From sequence record MH517022.1: a DNA stretch of 64,000 nt. The stretch is one strand, 5' to 3'. The translations under genes and the position numbers were made by a program. Shown piece by piece: positions 54,484-64,000 of this stretch. The notes beneath the pieces are model-generated. The model did not search any database. It was not told where the DNA came from and saw only the letters and a program-made list of their open reading frames with translations. Source of the DNA: Acinetobacter phage SH-Ab 15599. The first letter of the stretch is position 1; every line of letters starts with the position of its first letter.

Positions 54484-54849
54484 TCAATAATTAAAGGCGC
54501 GGAAGGAAACTGTATTATATTTGTCAGTCTGAGCGCTCAAGTGTTGACACTGTTGATAACCGCAATATTGATCTAAAGTGTCATCGCTCAATAGAGCAAA
54601 TTGGATAGCTTTGAAAATCTTATTGGTGGCAGTATCTGGGAATTGAACATTCTTCACCAAAACATCGCAAATGTTTCTTTGAAGATTCAAGTCCATGAGA
54701 CTAGAGTCAACTTCAACCAAATACGCAGAAATGGTGTTTCCGCTGGCCTTCATTGCAATAGCTTGAGGGCCAGTTTCATCTATGATAGTATAGTCATAGA
54801 AAGCCTGGAGTGTTACATTATAGATAGCCATTAGTGAGATGTCTCGCAA
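54484..54849 (-). CDS. Hypothetical protein, 121 aa
   Basis: ORF in the operon. Confidence 0.35.
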   Translation of the reverse strand: MRDISLMAIYNVTLQAFYDYTIIDETGPQAIAMKASGNTISAYLVEVDSSLMDLNLQRNICDVLVKNVQFPDTATNKIFKAIQFALLSDDTLDQYCGYQQCQHLSAQTDKYNTVSFRAFNY

Positions 54850-55178
54850 TTTGGGATAAATTTATGACGTAGTGGTTCTGGAACTGTTCCTGCGCTCCAC
54901 ACATTGTTTGATTCAAATGTCGTTCCATCTTTCAATTTGAATTTAAACAAACGACCAGCATGTCCCAAAAATGAACGATCTCGCTCAGTGACGTTAGGTT
55001 TATGACCTCCATCAGACAGTGTTACATACCATTGGTTTACCAATAGCTTTCCATTCTGGTACTTGATATACGCTTCATCCCAGAAATTACAATAGAAACA
55101 TGTAGAATGATCTGGGCAATTATAGTCGCATTTTTCAGTTGACATTTTAGGTTTATCAGTCATATTGAATCTCCGCAA
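54831..55178 (-). CDS. Hypothetical Cys-rich protein, 115 aa
   Basis: ORF in the operon. CDYNCPDHSTCFYC cluster. Confidence 0.35.
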   Translation of the reverse strand: MRRFNMTDKPKMSTEKCDYNCPDHSTCFYCNFWDEAYIKYQNGKLLVNQWYVTLSDGGHKPNVTERDRSFLGHAGRLFKFKLKDGTTFESNNVWSAGTVPEPLRHKFIPNCETSH

Positions 55179-55554
55179 ACCAGTGAGCTTTGTTTTGAGG
55201 CTTCATACGAGCGGCAAAGTATGAAATTGGACGAGCGTAAGCCTCTCCCTTTGAATTAACATATGAGACCATTACAGGCCAGTTCTCTGTTGTAGAGTTA
55301 AGAACAGCCAACACCTTATACGGTTCCCCTTTGCCCTTATGGATGCATTCGTCCCCTTCTTCAATATTGTAACGCCCGTGATAAGTTGGATAACCGTATT
55401 CATTCATATGACCGCCGCCACAACCTTCACAACCCTGAGGCCAAGATTTAAATTCCCATTGGAAATCATCAGCTTGTTCTCCCATAGTCAAATCATTTTC
55501 ATCCGCGTCAACGCCCATTACGAGCTGAGTGCATTGTGCACAGAAATCAGCCAT
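55156..55554 (-). CDS. DUF1653-like protein with an N-terminal Cys cluster
   Basis: KGEPYKVLAVLNSTTENWPVMVSYVNSKGEAYARPISYFAARM resembles the DUF1653 core. Confidence 0.4.
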   Translation of the reverse strand: MADFCAQCTQLVMGVDADENDLTMGEQADDFQWEFKSWPQGCEGCGGGHMNEYGYPTYHGRYNIEEGDECIHKGKGEPYKVLAVLNSTTENWPVMVSYVNSKGEAYARPISYFAARMKPQNKAHWFAEIQYD

Positions 55555-55747
55555 TTATTCTCTCCAATTAAAAACTATTATTGCCAATATAAAACAAAGG
55601 ACTGCTAAAAATCCAAACAGAAAAATAAGTAACTTCATAGCAGTCGAATAATCCATTACTATTCTCCTTTACAAAATAAACAAGCTATACAGACAGCAAA
55701 TGAAGTTGCGAGTATAGAGAACGCTCCCGAAAATATAGCAACCCCAA

Positions 55748-56494
55748 TCATTGGTTAATTTCCAAAATAAACTGAAGATTACCAAAGCCTTGTTTCTTGA
55801 ACAAAGCGATTTCTCCAATCTTTATCCCAGGATATTCAGCGTCCATCAATGGGCCGTATTCTGAACAGTTGACTTTGATATCTTTGCCTAGTTTAAATCC
55901 AGAATGAATAGCCTCGATAACAGCTTCAGGAGTTTTCAAATAACGTTTGTATTGAATAGGAGACGTTTTGATTGAACCTTTGTTAACAACAACTGCGTTC
56001 TTATCAGTGAAAACATTATGCATAGGGATATAAGAATCTCCCCAGAAAGATTCCTTTCGGTGAGGTTGAATCCACATCTTGGCACCAATACAACCCTCAG
56101 CATCTACTACAAATTTGTAAGTTATATTGTCAATCATCAAACGGAAATCTTCCAAATCAACTTCTTCAAAATGTTTAGCTGCATAAGCCATATCAATAGC
56201 AGTCGCTTGTTTTGATGCCACTTTGAAAGCAACGTAGTGTTTACCTGCTTCGACAACTGTTTTGTTACCATTGATGATAATAGCATCAATGTTTTCTTTG
56301 AATGTTGGTTTAGGAATTACAGAACCAAAATGAAAATCTATGAGCTTTTGAGAAGCTGGAGCAAGAGTTGAGATGAAAGTTGGAATATAATTTTGACCCG
56401 TATGGTTGAACGGCGTTACAATGTAAAAATCATCTTTGTCGTATTTGTTAACAAGAATTTTTTGAAAACCAGAAATATAGAAGCCTTCAGACAT
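55748..56494 (-). CDS. Hypothetical protein, 248 aa
   Basis: ORF with an RBS. No motif recognised. Confidence 0.5.
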   Translation of the reverse strand: MSEGFYISGFQKILVNKYDKDDFYIVTPFNHTGQNYIPTFISTLAPASQKLIDFHFGSVIPKPTFKENIDAIIINGNKTVVEAGKHYVAFKVASKQATAIDMAYAAKHFEEVDLEDFRLMIDNITYKFVVDAEGCIGAKMWIQPHRKESFWGDSYIPMHNVFTDKNAVVVNKGSIKTSPIQYKRYLKTPEAVIEAIHSGFKLGKDIKVNCSEYGPLMDAEYPGIKIGEIALFKKQGFGNLQFILEINQ

Positions 56495-56593
56495 TTTGAT
56501 ACTCCAATGAGCGATAGTAATTAAAAACCCTTAGATGGGTTACATCTAAGGGCTATTATAATGAACATTTTGTTCTGGTTTTAAAATCAAGTT

Positions 56594-56806
56594 TTATTCT
56601 AAAACCAACAATGTTTCAAAACGAGGAGTTGTATCCTTCAAATAGGAACCAACTCTGAATGACTTGTAATCAACGCCTTTTAGTGTTTGTTTCCCCTTGG
56701 GTCGTATAAAAAGACCTCTATGTTTCAAGAACTTCTTCAAATCATGAATGGTCTTGAAATGACGTTCTACCATACGTTTCCGTTCATCAATAGTGATTAC
56801 AAGCAT
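56594..56806 (-). CDS. Hypothetical small protein, 70 aa
   Basis: Short ORF. Confidence 0.3.
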   Translation of the reverse strand: MLVITIDERKRMVERHFKTIHDLKKFLKHRGLFIRPKGKQTLKGVDYKSFRVGSYLKDTTPRFETLLVLE

Positions 56807-56817
56807 GAATCAATTCC

Positions 56818-57021
56818 TTAGAATGGAGAGTCTGCAACAATATTTACGATAATATCTGTCATGTTGTGTTTAGAGACTTCATGGCTGACGCCTTTCACAA
56901 TATAACGTTTTTGATTAATGAAAACGTCTTCATTCTTACGAGGAACCACTTGGGCATTATTATCAACGTAAATCAGTTGAGTTTTGTCTCTGTATTTAAT
57001 AATCATGTTAAAGCTACCCAC
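56818..57021 (-). CDS. Hypothetical small protein, 67 aa
   Basis: Short ORF overlapping the start region of the topoisomerase gene. Confidence 0.3.
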   Translation of the reverse strand: MGSFNMIIKYRDKTQLIYVDNNAQVVPRKNEDVFINQKRYIVKGVSHEVSKHNMTDIIVNIVADSPF

Positions 57022-58856
57022 TCTTTGCGGTCATCTGCGCGGTCTGGGTCAAATGATAAAGACAGAAGTGGATCATCTCGTTCTTCATCATATTCAACTT
57101 GAACGTAACAGTCTGGATTTGAAAGGAATGAAAGGAATTTTACAGAATCATGTGAACCTAGACCTTTACAGTATTTGGTTACTGCTTTAGGTTTATCTTC
57201 AATGAACTCTTTATAACTTCTTTCGTCATAAAAATCATATTCTTTGTTCTTATATTTCACCAAGAAAATAGGTGTGTTCAAGAACATGATACGACCTTGT
57301 TTCAACAATTCAGGGAAGAAATTTTTGAAGAACAAAACTAACAACCCACGAATATGCATACCGTCTAGGTCGGCATCTGATGCGATCACAACTTTTTTGT
57401 AGCGCATCTTATCGTAATTGGTATCACCCAACTTCAAATTCAAAATGCTAAGCACATAAAGAATCTCTTGTGTGAATACCGACTTCACATCTTTGTCATA
57501 ACTGTTTTCGGGTTTACCGCGTAAGGGGAATAAACCGTGGATTTTAGGGTCAGAAGCAGCCTTGAATGGGTTTAGGGCTGAGTCCCCCTCTGCCAAGAAC
57601 AAAATACACTGATCTCGGTTTGTAGATGTAGCTGGTCGATATTTTGGAATATCGTGGTAACCAGCTTTGCGAATAGCTTCAACCTCAGCTTCCATCTCTT
57701 TGAGGCCATTCAACAATTGACGGCGTTTAGCCCACTCAACAATAGAGGCAACAGTTGGTGACGCCAACAATTGTTTAATGAATTTCTCTGATAACTTCAG
57801 TTGACTTCCATAGTCTTTTACAGAAGTGATCAACTTCTCTTTGGTCTGAGAGTTATAACGGGGGTTGTTAATCTTACAATCAATGAACAAACGCAAATTG
57901 TTTTTGATGTCTGATGGTGGCACTTTCTGTTTTGTTTTCTTTTCAATGTGAGATCGAACTGCCTCTACAATTTTTTCAGAAACATAATCAACATGAGTAC
58001 CGCCGTCAAAAGAAGGGGTAGAGTTTACAAATGATACATGCTTGAAACCATCTTTTGAAAGACTAACGCCAATGATCCAACGGTCTTGAGATTGAATTGT
58101 ACATTCTGGCTCGTAAGCCTTGATGAAGTCTTCAAATGTATTGATATTGATCTTCTTTCCGTTATAGAAAACTTCAAGATTAGGGTTGGTGAACGCAATT
58201 TCATAACAACGGCGTTCAATTAAACGTAACGTATCAATATCAAAACTAGCATTAAGAATTGATAAATCGGGTTTATATGAAATTGTTGTACCATTACCAC
58301 AAGGCATCATCTCTGAAACATCTGGTTCGGTACGGGTTTTCATATGATCAGTAAAGACCTGATTGAACATCATACCTTTATAAACAGTTTGTACTCTGAA
58401 CTCTTTTGAGAAGATGTTAACCAGAGAAGCCCCTTCACCGTTTTGTCCAGTTGTAAGAGAGTCTGCATCATCGCTGAAGTTGGAGCCTGAGCGCAACTCA
58501 CCAAAGATCATCTCAGGGATGTATTGGTTATATTCAGGGTGTTTGACAACTGGAATACCGCCATTATCTCTTACAACAATACGACCTTCAACTGGATCAA
58601 CATCAACAGTGATTTTGTTTAGGTTTTTACCTTCTTTGGTGCGAGCGTGGTCAGCAGAGTTTGAAATAATTTCATCAAACAGTTTATGGAAAGCTGGAGA
58701 TGATACCAAAGTACCCTCTACAATCTTTCCATCTTCAATATACCAAGTCTTCAACTCAACTGGGTTGATAGAGCCAACATAACGGGCTGGACGTAACAAG
58801 ACGTGATCAATCTCGTCAAGTTTTTTATACTTTGCCCATTCTTGATTTTCACTCAT
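57003..58856 (-). CDS. 39: Topoisomerase II large subunit (gp39 with the gp60 portion contiguous, GyrB-like)
   Basis: 617 aa. EIDHVLLRPARYVGS is the GyrB N-terminal signature. The length equals fused 39+60, so there is no bypass element or split. Confidence 0.85.
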   Translation of the reverse strand: MSENQEWAKYKKLDEIDHVLLRPARYVGSINPVELKTWYIEDGKIVEGTLVSSPAFHKLFDEIISNSADHARTKEGKNLNKITVDVDPVEGRIVVRDNGGIPVVKHPEYNQYIPEMIFGELRSGSNFSDDADSLTTGQNGEGASLVNIFSKEFRVQTVYKGMMFNQVFTDHMKTRTEPDVSEMMPCGNGTTISYKPDLSILNASFDIDTLRLIERRCYEIAFTNPNLEVFYNGKKININTFEDFIKAYEPECTIQSQDRWIIGVSLSKDGFKHVSFVNSTPSFDGGTHVDYVSEKIVEAVRSHIEKKTKQKVPPSDIKNNLRLFIDCKINNPRYNSQTKEKLITSVKDYGSQLKLSEKFIKQLLASPTVASIVEWAKRRQLLNGLKEMEAEVEAIRKAGYHDIPKYRPATSTNRDQCILFLAEGDSALNPFKAASDPKIHGLFPLRGKPENSYDKDVKSVFTQEILYVLSILNLKLGDTNYDKMRYKKVVIASDADLDGMHIRGLLVLFFKNFFPELLKQGRIMFLNTPIFLVKYKNKEYDFYDERSYKEFIEDKPKAVTKYCKGLGSHDSVKFLSFLSNPDCYVQVEYDEERDDPLLSLSFDPDRADDRKEWVALT

Positions 58857-59050
58857 TTGGGTAAATCTCCAAAATCAAATACTTTAACACTTAGGTGACT
58901 TGGTACACCTTGGTTGTCACGGTTCTTCAGAATTTTACATTCAACGGGTTGACCATTTTGATTTTCTATGATATTGCGTTTAGCAACTTGTCTATCAGCA
59001 AACACAGAAATGAACATTTGTTCTAAATCAGCAGGCATTTGAACGCTCAT
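58853..59050 (-). CDS. Hypothetical small protein, 65 aa
   Basis: Short ORF. Confidence 0.3.
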   Translation of the reverse strand: MSVQMPADLEQMFISVFADRQVAKRNIIENQNGQPVECKILKNRDNQGVPSHLSVKVFDFGDLPK

Positions 59051-59448
59051 GATTGTTTATCCACAAATTCAATGAAGTCAGCTGGAGTTTCAATTTCAAC
59101 GACATCCAACTCATCTAAAATAGATAGGTCGCAGTCTCGGCTGATGTTCATGTAATCATCTTTCTTGCGAACAATATGTTTTCCATGACCAAATAGAGCT
59201 ACGTGACCAATACCATATTGCTGAACAATACTTGAGTCATGACGTGTTAACATCACTGGCGCAAACGTTCCATTACCGCGCTTATAGTTGTCTTTTAGAA
59301 TGTCTTTAGCAGCCTGAGTAATACAAGAGTGTTTAGTTGAAACAACTATGCCTAAAGGAGAATTGGCGATAAGGTCTTTGCTTTCTAAATCAGAATGAGC
59401 AGCAACCATTCCCTTGTATTCAAAGATATGTAATGTATATTTTTTCAT
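59047..59448 (-). CDS. Hypothetical protein, 133 aa
   Basis: ORF in the operon. Confidence 0.4.
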   Translation of the reverse strand: MKKYTLHIFEYKGMVAAHSDLESKDLIANSPLGIVVSTKHSCITQAAKDILKDNYKRGNGTFAPVMLTRHDSSIVQQYGIGHVALFGHGKHIVRKKDDYMNISRDCDLSILDELDVVEIETPADFIEFVDKQS

Positions 59449-59514
59449 TTATAAAGCCCCAAGGCTGATTAGCATTGGGGCTATTATATTCTCAGATATG
59501 TTAGAGATAGAAAA

Positions 59515-60996
59515 TCAAATTTGCATCATTATAGAATTAATTGGATGCCCTTCTTCAACATAGATGCTCAGACGTTCTCCGGCAAATTCCATTGACTTGT
59601 TCTTCTTGCCACTGAATTGCATAATATCAAAGATATCATAGATATAAGCAATATCTTTTGAATCATGCAGACGCAATAGACGACCAATGGATTGTTGAAT
59701 TGAAATGTTAGTCTTTCTAGGGTGAGCATATACCAAGTTATGAAGCTTCTTGATACTGATACCAGTTGAGGTTGTACCATAGGTTGCTAACAGAACAATA
59801 TCATCTCCGCGTTCAATGATAGCTTTGATATCATCCCGTTCTTCAACTTTGATATCTCCATGAATAACAAAATGGTAAACGCCCTTCTCAGTAAGCTTAG
59901 CACTGATTATTTCAATATGCTCAATGTTATTGAATAAGAATAGGCTATTTCCTTTCAGTCTTGATGCAAGGCGTACAATAACATCATTACGAGGTTCATA
60001 CTCAATAAGAAAGTCCATCTCGTCTCTATAGTTTGGATTATTACGCCACTTTCTTCTCACTTCTGTCGGATATTCCAATCCAATCATGTTAACAACGGTT
60101 TTAGTGGCTAATCCTCTGTCTTGAAGTTCTTTTGTTGAGATGAGACGTAATGAGTCACCAAAATGTTTAGCAACCTTCATTCTATGATCTTCACTGTTAC
60201 GTCTTAATGTAGCAGTTAGACCTAGACGTTGCCAACAGTTGATACAGTTATTAGCAATATTATCAAGAGTGTCAGAACCGAAAGTGTGAGCTTCATCTCC
60301 CATAAGGAAATTGAACCCATAAAAATACTCTCTTTCTTGCTTCCCAAGAGTTTGCCAAGTGCAGATGATAATCTGTTTTCTTGAATAAGGAGATACGCCG
60401 TCACCAGCCTTATGACAATTCATATCTACTGACCAATTAGAGTCATGAGATGAATAATCTCCAAAGTCAGCGTATGTCTGATTCACTAATTGTAAAGTTG
60501 GGACAACAATAAGAATCTTGCCTTCCTCTCCCATCATCTCTTGCCAAAATCTACAACATAGATATTGTAATAGAGTCTTACCAGCAGATGTAGCAGCCAA
60601 AGCCAAATATCTTGAATACTTGATACTGTTGTATAGACCTTCTACTTGGTAGTCATAAGGAGTTATTTTGTTACCGCCGCTTCTAATATCAAGATTGTCA
60701 ACCCATTCTTGAATATCTTTGCGCTCGATTGGTCTGATGATTTCTTTAATACATTCCTGGATGTCTGCTTTTTCTTCGTATAATTTACAATAACTGAGAA
60801 CCATGGATAACATACCAGATGGAAATGTTCCATTTTTTCTATTGAACAGGCGCTTCTTTCCATCCCATTTTGAGAATTGATTTTGTTGGAACTCTGGTTC
60901 CTTATATCTCATTTCTTCGTACAAGCTCTGAATCAGACTCTCATTATCGGTCTCAATAAAGAATGTACTTGCATTTACAGCGCCGATATAAGCCAT
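59515..60996 (-). CDS. uvsW: UvsW-like SF2 helicase
   Basis: Walker A motif ATSAGKT and the DEAH box LMGDEAHTF. 493 aa, like T4 UvsW. Confidence 0.8.
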   Translation of the reverse strand: MAYIGAVNASTFFIETDNESLIQSLYEEMRYKEPEFQQNQFSKWDGKKRLFNRKNGTFPSGMLSMVLSYCKLYEEKADIQECIKEIIRPIERKDIQEWVDNLDIRSGGNKITPYDYQVEGLYNSIKYSRYLALAATSAGKTLLQYLCCRFWQEMMGEEGKILIVVPTLQLVNQTYADFGDYSSHDSNWSVDMNCHKAGDGVSPYSRKQIIICTWQTLGKQEREYFYGFNFLMGDEAHTFGSDTLDNIANNCINCWQRLGLTATLRRNSEDHRMKVAKHFGDSLRLISTKELQDRGLATKTVVNMIGLEYPTEVRRKWRNNPNYRDEMDFLIEYEPRNDVIVRLASRLKGNSLFLFNNIEHIEIISAKLTEKGVYHFVIHGDIKVEERDDIKAIIERGDDIVLLATYGTTSTGISIKKLHNLVYAHPRKTNISIQQSIGRLLRLHDSKDIAYIYDIFDIMQFSGKKNKSMEFAGERLSIYVEEGHPINSIMMQI

Positions 60997-61040
60997 TGTT
61001 GGTCACTCTGTGGAAATTCATATTACTTATGAATATTAAG

Positions 61041-61370
61041 TCAGAATTGCCAAGACTCTATTGCTTCTTTGATTATCTCAGCGTGACAAGGTCTAGGAGC
61101 ACACCAACACTCTAATTTCAATGTCCCTTGTTTTGAGAGGTCTCTGAGTCTTCTCAATTCTTGTATTATGACTTGGTCTTGTTCAAAGTATACCTTAGCC
61201 CAGAGCCAGTCTTTATATTTCAATATAGCTTGTTCAACAGTTCTTGCTTTGAACCGAGCTATGGTATCATTGGAATGAGAAAATGGATTACCCAATAAAG
61301 ATGGGCGACCAACATACACTGTCTCGCCCGTTCTGTAATCCATATTGCGTTTATTGGTTACCAGAATCAT
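61041..61370 (-). CDS. DUF4326-like small protein
   Basis: GNPF ... CWCAPRPCHA pattern. Confidence 0.4.
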   Translation of the reverse strand: MILVTNKRNMDYRTGETVYVGRPSLLGNPFSHSNDTIARFKARTVEQAILKYKDWLWAKVYFEQDQVIIQELRRLRDLSKQGTLKLECWCAPRPCHAEIIKEAIESWQF

Positions 61371-61767
61371 AGATATATCTGTAATCCTTGATTGCTTGCT
61401 CTAGTGCTGGTTTCTCGAATAGAGTAGCATATTTGTTACTCCCTTGATTGATACTGTATAGAATATCAATCGCTTCTGCTAGACCTCTTTCAAATGCTTT
61501 GATTTGAGAAATTGAATCAGTTATACGTTTGAGGACAGAGAGGTTCATGAGTTCTTGAGCTTCATCAATGGCTCGATAGATTTCTTGCTCTGCCTTTACC
61601 CAAACCTTCCAATTGAAACGCCAATATTCTCCATCAACTATCTTTACAAAGGTTGGGATATTATGCATGGAATTGATATATAGCAGTTCAGATTCATCTG
61701 GGGCTGTTTCCAAAGTATCTTTAACGTCTTCAATTCTGCGGGATATAATGAACTCTTTTAATTTCAA
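61351..61767 (-). CDS. Hypothetical protein, 138 aa
   Basis: ORF in the operon. Confidence 0.4.
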   Translation of the reverse strand: MKLKEFIISRRIEDVKDTLETAPDESELLYINSMHNIPTFVKIVDGEYWRFNWKVWVKAEQEIYRAIDEAQELMNLSVLKRITDSISQIKAFERGLAEAIDILYSINQGSNKYATLFEKPALEQAIKDYRYIYDSGNQ

Positions 61768-61991
61768 GATAGTTCTACCTTACGTTTGTTCAACTTCTTC
61801 AATCGTTTATTTTTACGGCGGTTGAAGTCTGCTATTTGTTTAGCAACGCGATCTGAAGATGAAGGAGAAGGTGGCAATTTACTATCAACTACCTTCTCCC
61901 ATGGACCAAAGAATGATAACCCATCTGACATATGAGACAGATGGTATTTGAGTATCATTCCAGTTGAGTTATCTTTACTGTAGCCCATCAT
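61764..61991 (-). CDS. Hypothetical basic protein, 75 aa
   Basis: K/R-rich C-terminus. Confidence 0.3.
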   Translation of the reverse strand: MMGYSKDNSTGMILKYHLSHMSDGLSFFGPWEKVVDSKLPPSPSSSDRVAKQIADFNRRKNKRLKKLNKRKVELS

Positions 61992-61996
61992 ACCAA

Positions 61997-62326
61997 TTAC
62001 TCCAGATTTTCAATTTGCTCATCTGTCATAGCAGATAGTTGAGCTTGTTGACTCTTCGGTTTTGAACGCATTGCCTGGTTGATTTTATTTTGCTTATCAA
62101 CAGCGTGACGGAACTTACGGCGCTGATCTTTAGCAGCTTGTTTGGCTGCGCGTTTTTCCAACTGACGTTGAGAACGTCCAGTGGTATTCCGAGGGGTAGG
62201 AGTGAAGACATATTCAGCTTCATCTTCAAAGATTTGTCGCTTTTCTTCAGCAACCATTGGTATCTCTGATGCCGCTATAGAGGCAAATTGAGAACCAACA
62301 AGACCAATACGTCGTAAACTCATCAT
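61997..62326 (-). CDS. Hypothetical basic protein, 109 aa
   Basis: K/R/Q-rich. Confidence 0.35.
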   Translation of the reverse strand: MMSLRRIGLVGSQFASIAASEIPMVAEEKRQIFEDEAEYVFTPTPRNTTGRSQRQLEKRAAKQAAKDQRRKFRHAVDKQNKINQAMRSKPKSQQAQLSAMTDEQIENLE

Positions 62327-62327
62327 T

Positions 62328-62846
62328 TCAATTACTCCAAAGTGATTCGCTATAAGAAGCTCTCACATTCATTAAACAAATACCAAGATTATTATTTCCA
62401 AAGCCGTTCATACTAGTCCCCCAATATGAATCATGCCACCAATTGACTTCAATCAATGTCTTTGAACCCGTACTCAATAACAACTCTTTCAAGTCTGGGT
62501 TGTTATCAAATTTCTTTTGATTTAACAGTTGCATACAACGCAATCTGTTCTTCATGAAATCCATATCAACTGGATGTTCAAGTAAAAATTCTTTTGTCTC
62601 TGGAGAAGACATATGTTTCAAAGGAGCTGAAAACTTCTTGCTTTCTTGAGGGCTCATACCAGAAATAAGACGTTTAGTTTCATCTCTTCTGAACTTGAGA
62701 GCTTGATAAGCGGCTTCAGTTGAATGATAAGGAATATGTTTCCATTCTACAGGTATGTTGAGTACAAACATATTACTCAAGAACCGATATTCCTTAAAGA
62801 AGCCTCTAACTTCAATATCAGGATTAACAAACCATGGCTTAAACAT
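62328..62846 (-). CDS. NADAR (YbiA or DUF1768) domain protein
   Basis: FLSNMF, then STEAAYQALKF, then LLLSTGSKTLIEVNWWHDSYWGTSMNGFGNNNLGICLMNVRA. This matches the YbiA or NADAR consensus (F.SNF, SE.Y.QA.KF, LL.TG..LVE...D.YWG.G.G.N.LG.LLM.VR). Confidence 0.75.
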   Translation of the reverse strand: MFKPWFVNPDIEVRGFFKEYRFLSNMFVLNIPVEWKHIPYHSTEAAYQALKFRRDETKRLISGMSPQESKKFSAPLKHMSSPETKEFLLEHPVDMDFMKNRLRCMQLLNQKKFDNNPDLKELLLSTGSKTLIEVNWWHDSYWGTSMNGFGNNNLGICLMNVRASYSESLWSN

Positions 62847-63066
62847 TAGAGACTTCCTTGATCAATTTATCAACTTCATGAATTGCTTCTGTTATTGTAT
62901 TCTTGAAGATTGCTTTACCGCCTTTTACATTTTGAATTCTGAACGATTCAAGTGTAGTTGGATAATAAGAGTTATCAACATGGTTTGAAATAACATAGTC
63001 GCCTTTCTTGAAAGAACCCTTATGCGTAATTCTCCAACCATCTAATGAGATTTCTTTAATTTTCAT
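62839..63066 (-). CDS. Hypothetical protein, 75 aa
   Basis: ORF overlapping the start of the downstream gene. Confidence 0.35.
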   Translation of the reverse strand: MKIKEISLDGWRITHKGSFKKGDYVISNHVDNSYYPTTLESFRIQNVKGGKAIFKNTITEAIHEVDKLIKEVSNV

Positions 63067-63417
63067 AATAAAGTTCCGTAACGTTCATCAACCATTCTCT
63101 ATCACTACTCTCATTGACTGGCCATATTCAACTACCATCGTTCAAGAGAATGTTTTCAACTGAAGGGTTATTACTATTGTTCTCAGTCTGGTCTTGAACG
63201 GTAATAACCGCAGCCCCTTCTCGGCAACTGTTAATCTACAAACCTGAACCACCTCACTTTTCATGTCTACACAATATAATTTCATTGATAGACCCCAGCT
63301 ATTGGATAGTAACCTTACTTCAGCCTCTGTTGATGAATCTAAGATATAGCACCTATCATAGTATCATATCTCGACCGTATATAAAATCAAATAAAAAAGA
63401 GGCTTGCGCCTCTTTCT

Positions 63418-63699
63418 TTACTTCTTACAGTCTTTCTTTGTTGACCGTTCTTTACATTTGTCCGATGTAGTAGACCTATAAGGGATTGGAACAGTCGTAG
63501 GAGCTTTATACACTGTAGGTTTATAAGGGGCAGCAGCTTTGGGTGCAGGTACACTGGCTCGTACACTAGGGCTTGGAGCAATCACTACTCTTGCAGAAGC
63601 TCCGGCAAACCCAACTGCGTGAGCTACAGTTGAGAATGCAATAGCGCACATTACTGATACGGCTGGAAATACAATTCTTAAAAATTTTGGAACGTACAT
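63418..63699 (-). CDS. Small secreted Pro/Ala-rich protein (signal peptide)
   Basis: MYVPKFLRIVFPAVSVMCAIAFSTVAHA signal-like N-terminus. RBS aggag. Hairpin terminator at 63396-63416. Confidence 0.4.
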   Translation of the reverse strand: MYVPKFLRIVFPAVSVMCAIAFSTVAHAVGFAGASARVVIAPSPSVRASVPAPKAAAPYKPTVYKAPTTVPIPYRSTTSDKCKERSTKKDCKK

Positions 63700-63850
63700 G
63701 ATTGACTCCTATAAAGAACTTCTATAATAAGGCTGGAAACGTTCATTTATTATAAATCAATAATTCGTTGGCTTTGTTCATGAACAAAAATATTTAAAAT
63801 TGTCTTTTTATTGTCTGGAATTAACAAAGGAGTTTGATTGTTATTTTTGT

Positions 63851-63869
63851 CTCTCAGCCTACCCTGTGG
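63851..63869 (-). repeat. Inverted variant of the ccacacggtaggctgagag motif (ccacagggtaggctgagag on the minus strand)
   Basis: The reverse complement of 63845-63875 reads cgccacagggtaggctgagagacaaaaataaca, compared with tccacacggtaggctgagagtcaaaaataaca at 1386-1417. Confidence 0.7.
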
Positions 63870-63896
63870 CGAGAGTCATTTTGCTGTACTCGGTAA

Positions 63897-63918
63897 TACT
63901 CGGGCTGCGCCCTCGCAT
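63897..63918 (-). repeat. Inverted copy of the atgcgagggcg(a/c)agcccgagta motif
   Basis: The reverse complement gives atgcgagggcgcagcccgagta, compared with atgcgagggcgaagcccgagta at 1170-1191. Confidence 0.7.
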
Positions 63919-64000
63919 CACCTCAAAACCTGTTGCGGTGAGCAATCGGGAATAGGAACCACCCTTTCTCAGATTCTTCTCTTGAATACATAACCGACCA

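Noticed and set aside
55748-56494. Assignment of the 248-aa ORF to known T4 enzymes (Dam methylase, DexA, RNase H, dCMP hydroxymethylase)
   Set aside because: Compared by eye with the T4 sequences. No DPPY, DxE or TS motifs were present. Left as hypothetical.
34126-63699. Integrated prophage or genomic-island interpretation of the minus arm
   Set aside because: There is no integrase, no tRNA att site, and no host-like genes. T4-like core replication genes (pol, topo II, uvsW, uvsY) continue through the region, so it is contiguous lytic-phage DNA.

Overview
The window is a 64-kb stretch of a T4-like myovirus genome. The phage is not T4 itself: the gene order is rearranged, several core genes are split, and there are lineage-specific insertions. 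Two transcription arms converge on a bidirectional terminator near 34.14 kb.

Plus arm, 1.6-34.1 kb: sliding clamp gp45, clamp loader gp44 and gp62, RegA, a nucleotide-modification block, UvsX, helicase gp41, an orphan 1282-aa ORF, DNA ligase, baseplate wedge gp6, an Ig-repeat baseplate protein, a split and duplicated tail sheath, tail tube gp19, portal gp20, head core proteins, prohead protease gp21, scaffold gp22, major capsid gp23 and a Seg-like GIY-YIG homing endonuclease. The nucleotide-modification block holds a macro-domain protein, a thymidylate-synthase-family hydroxymethylase and a dNMP-kinase/dCTPase-like fusion.

Minus arm, 63.7-34.2 kb: a NADAR protein, UvsW, topoisomerase II gp39(+60 fused) and gp52, UvsY, and family-B DNA polymerase gp43 split into two in-frame pieces by an HNH homing endonuclease gene. 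Then follows a roughly 10-kb accessory cluster of small orphan ORFs that includes an HU-like protein.

The window opens with a 105-nt poly(A), probably an artefact, and a 1.5-kb region free of long ORFs that contains an early promoter and a terminator, so it may encode an ncRNA. The early promoter family is recurrent (ccacTTTACT-N17-TATAAT with a conserved CTCAaCGGAGTA leader). A composite repeat (tccataaaaattgc, hairpin, ccacacggtaggctgagag) recurs at several intergenic sites. Inverted copies of two motifs bracket coordinates 1170 to 63918.

Everything here was read by eye from the sequence and the ORF track. No database searches or computations were run.
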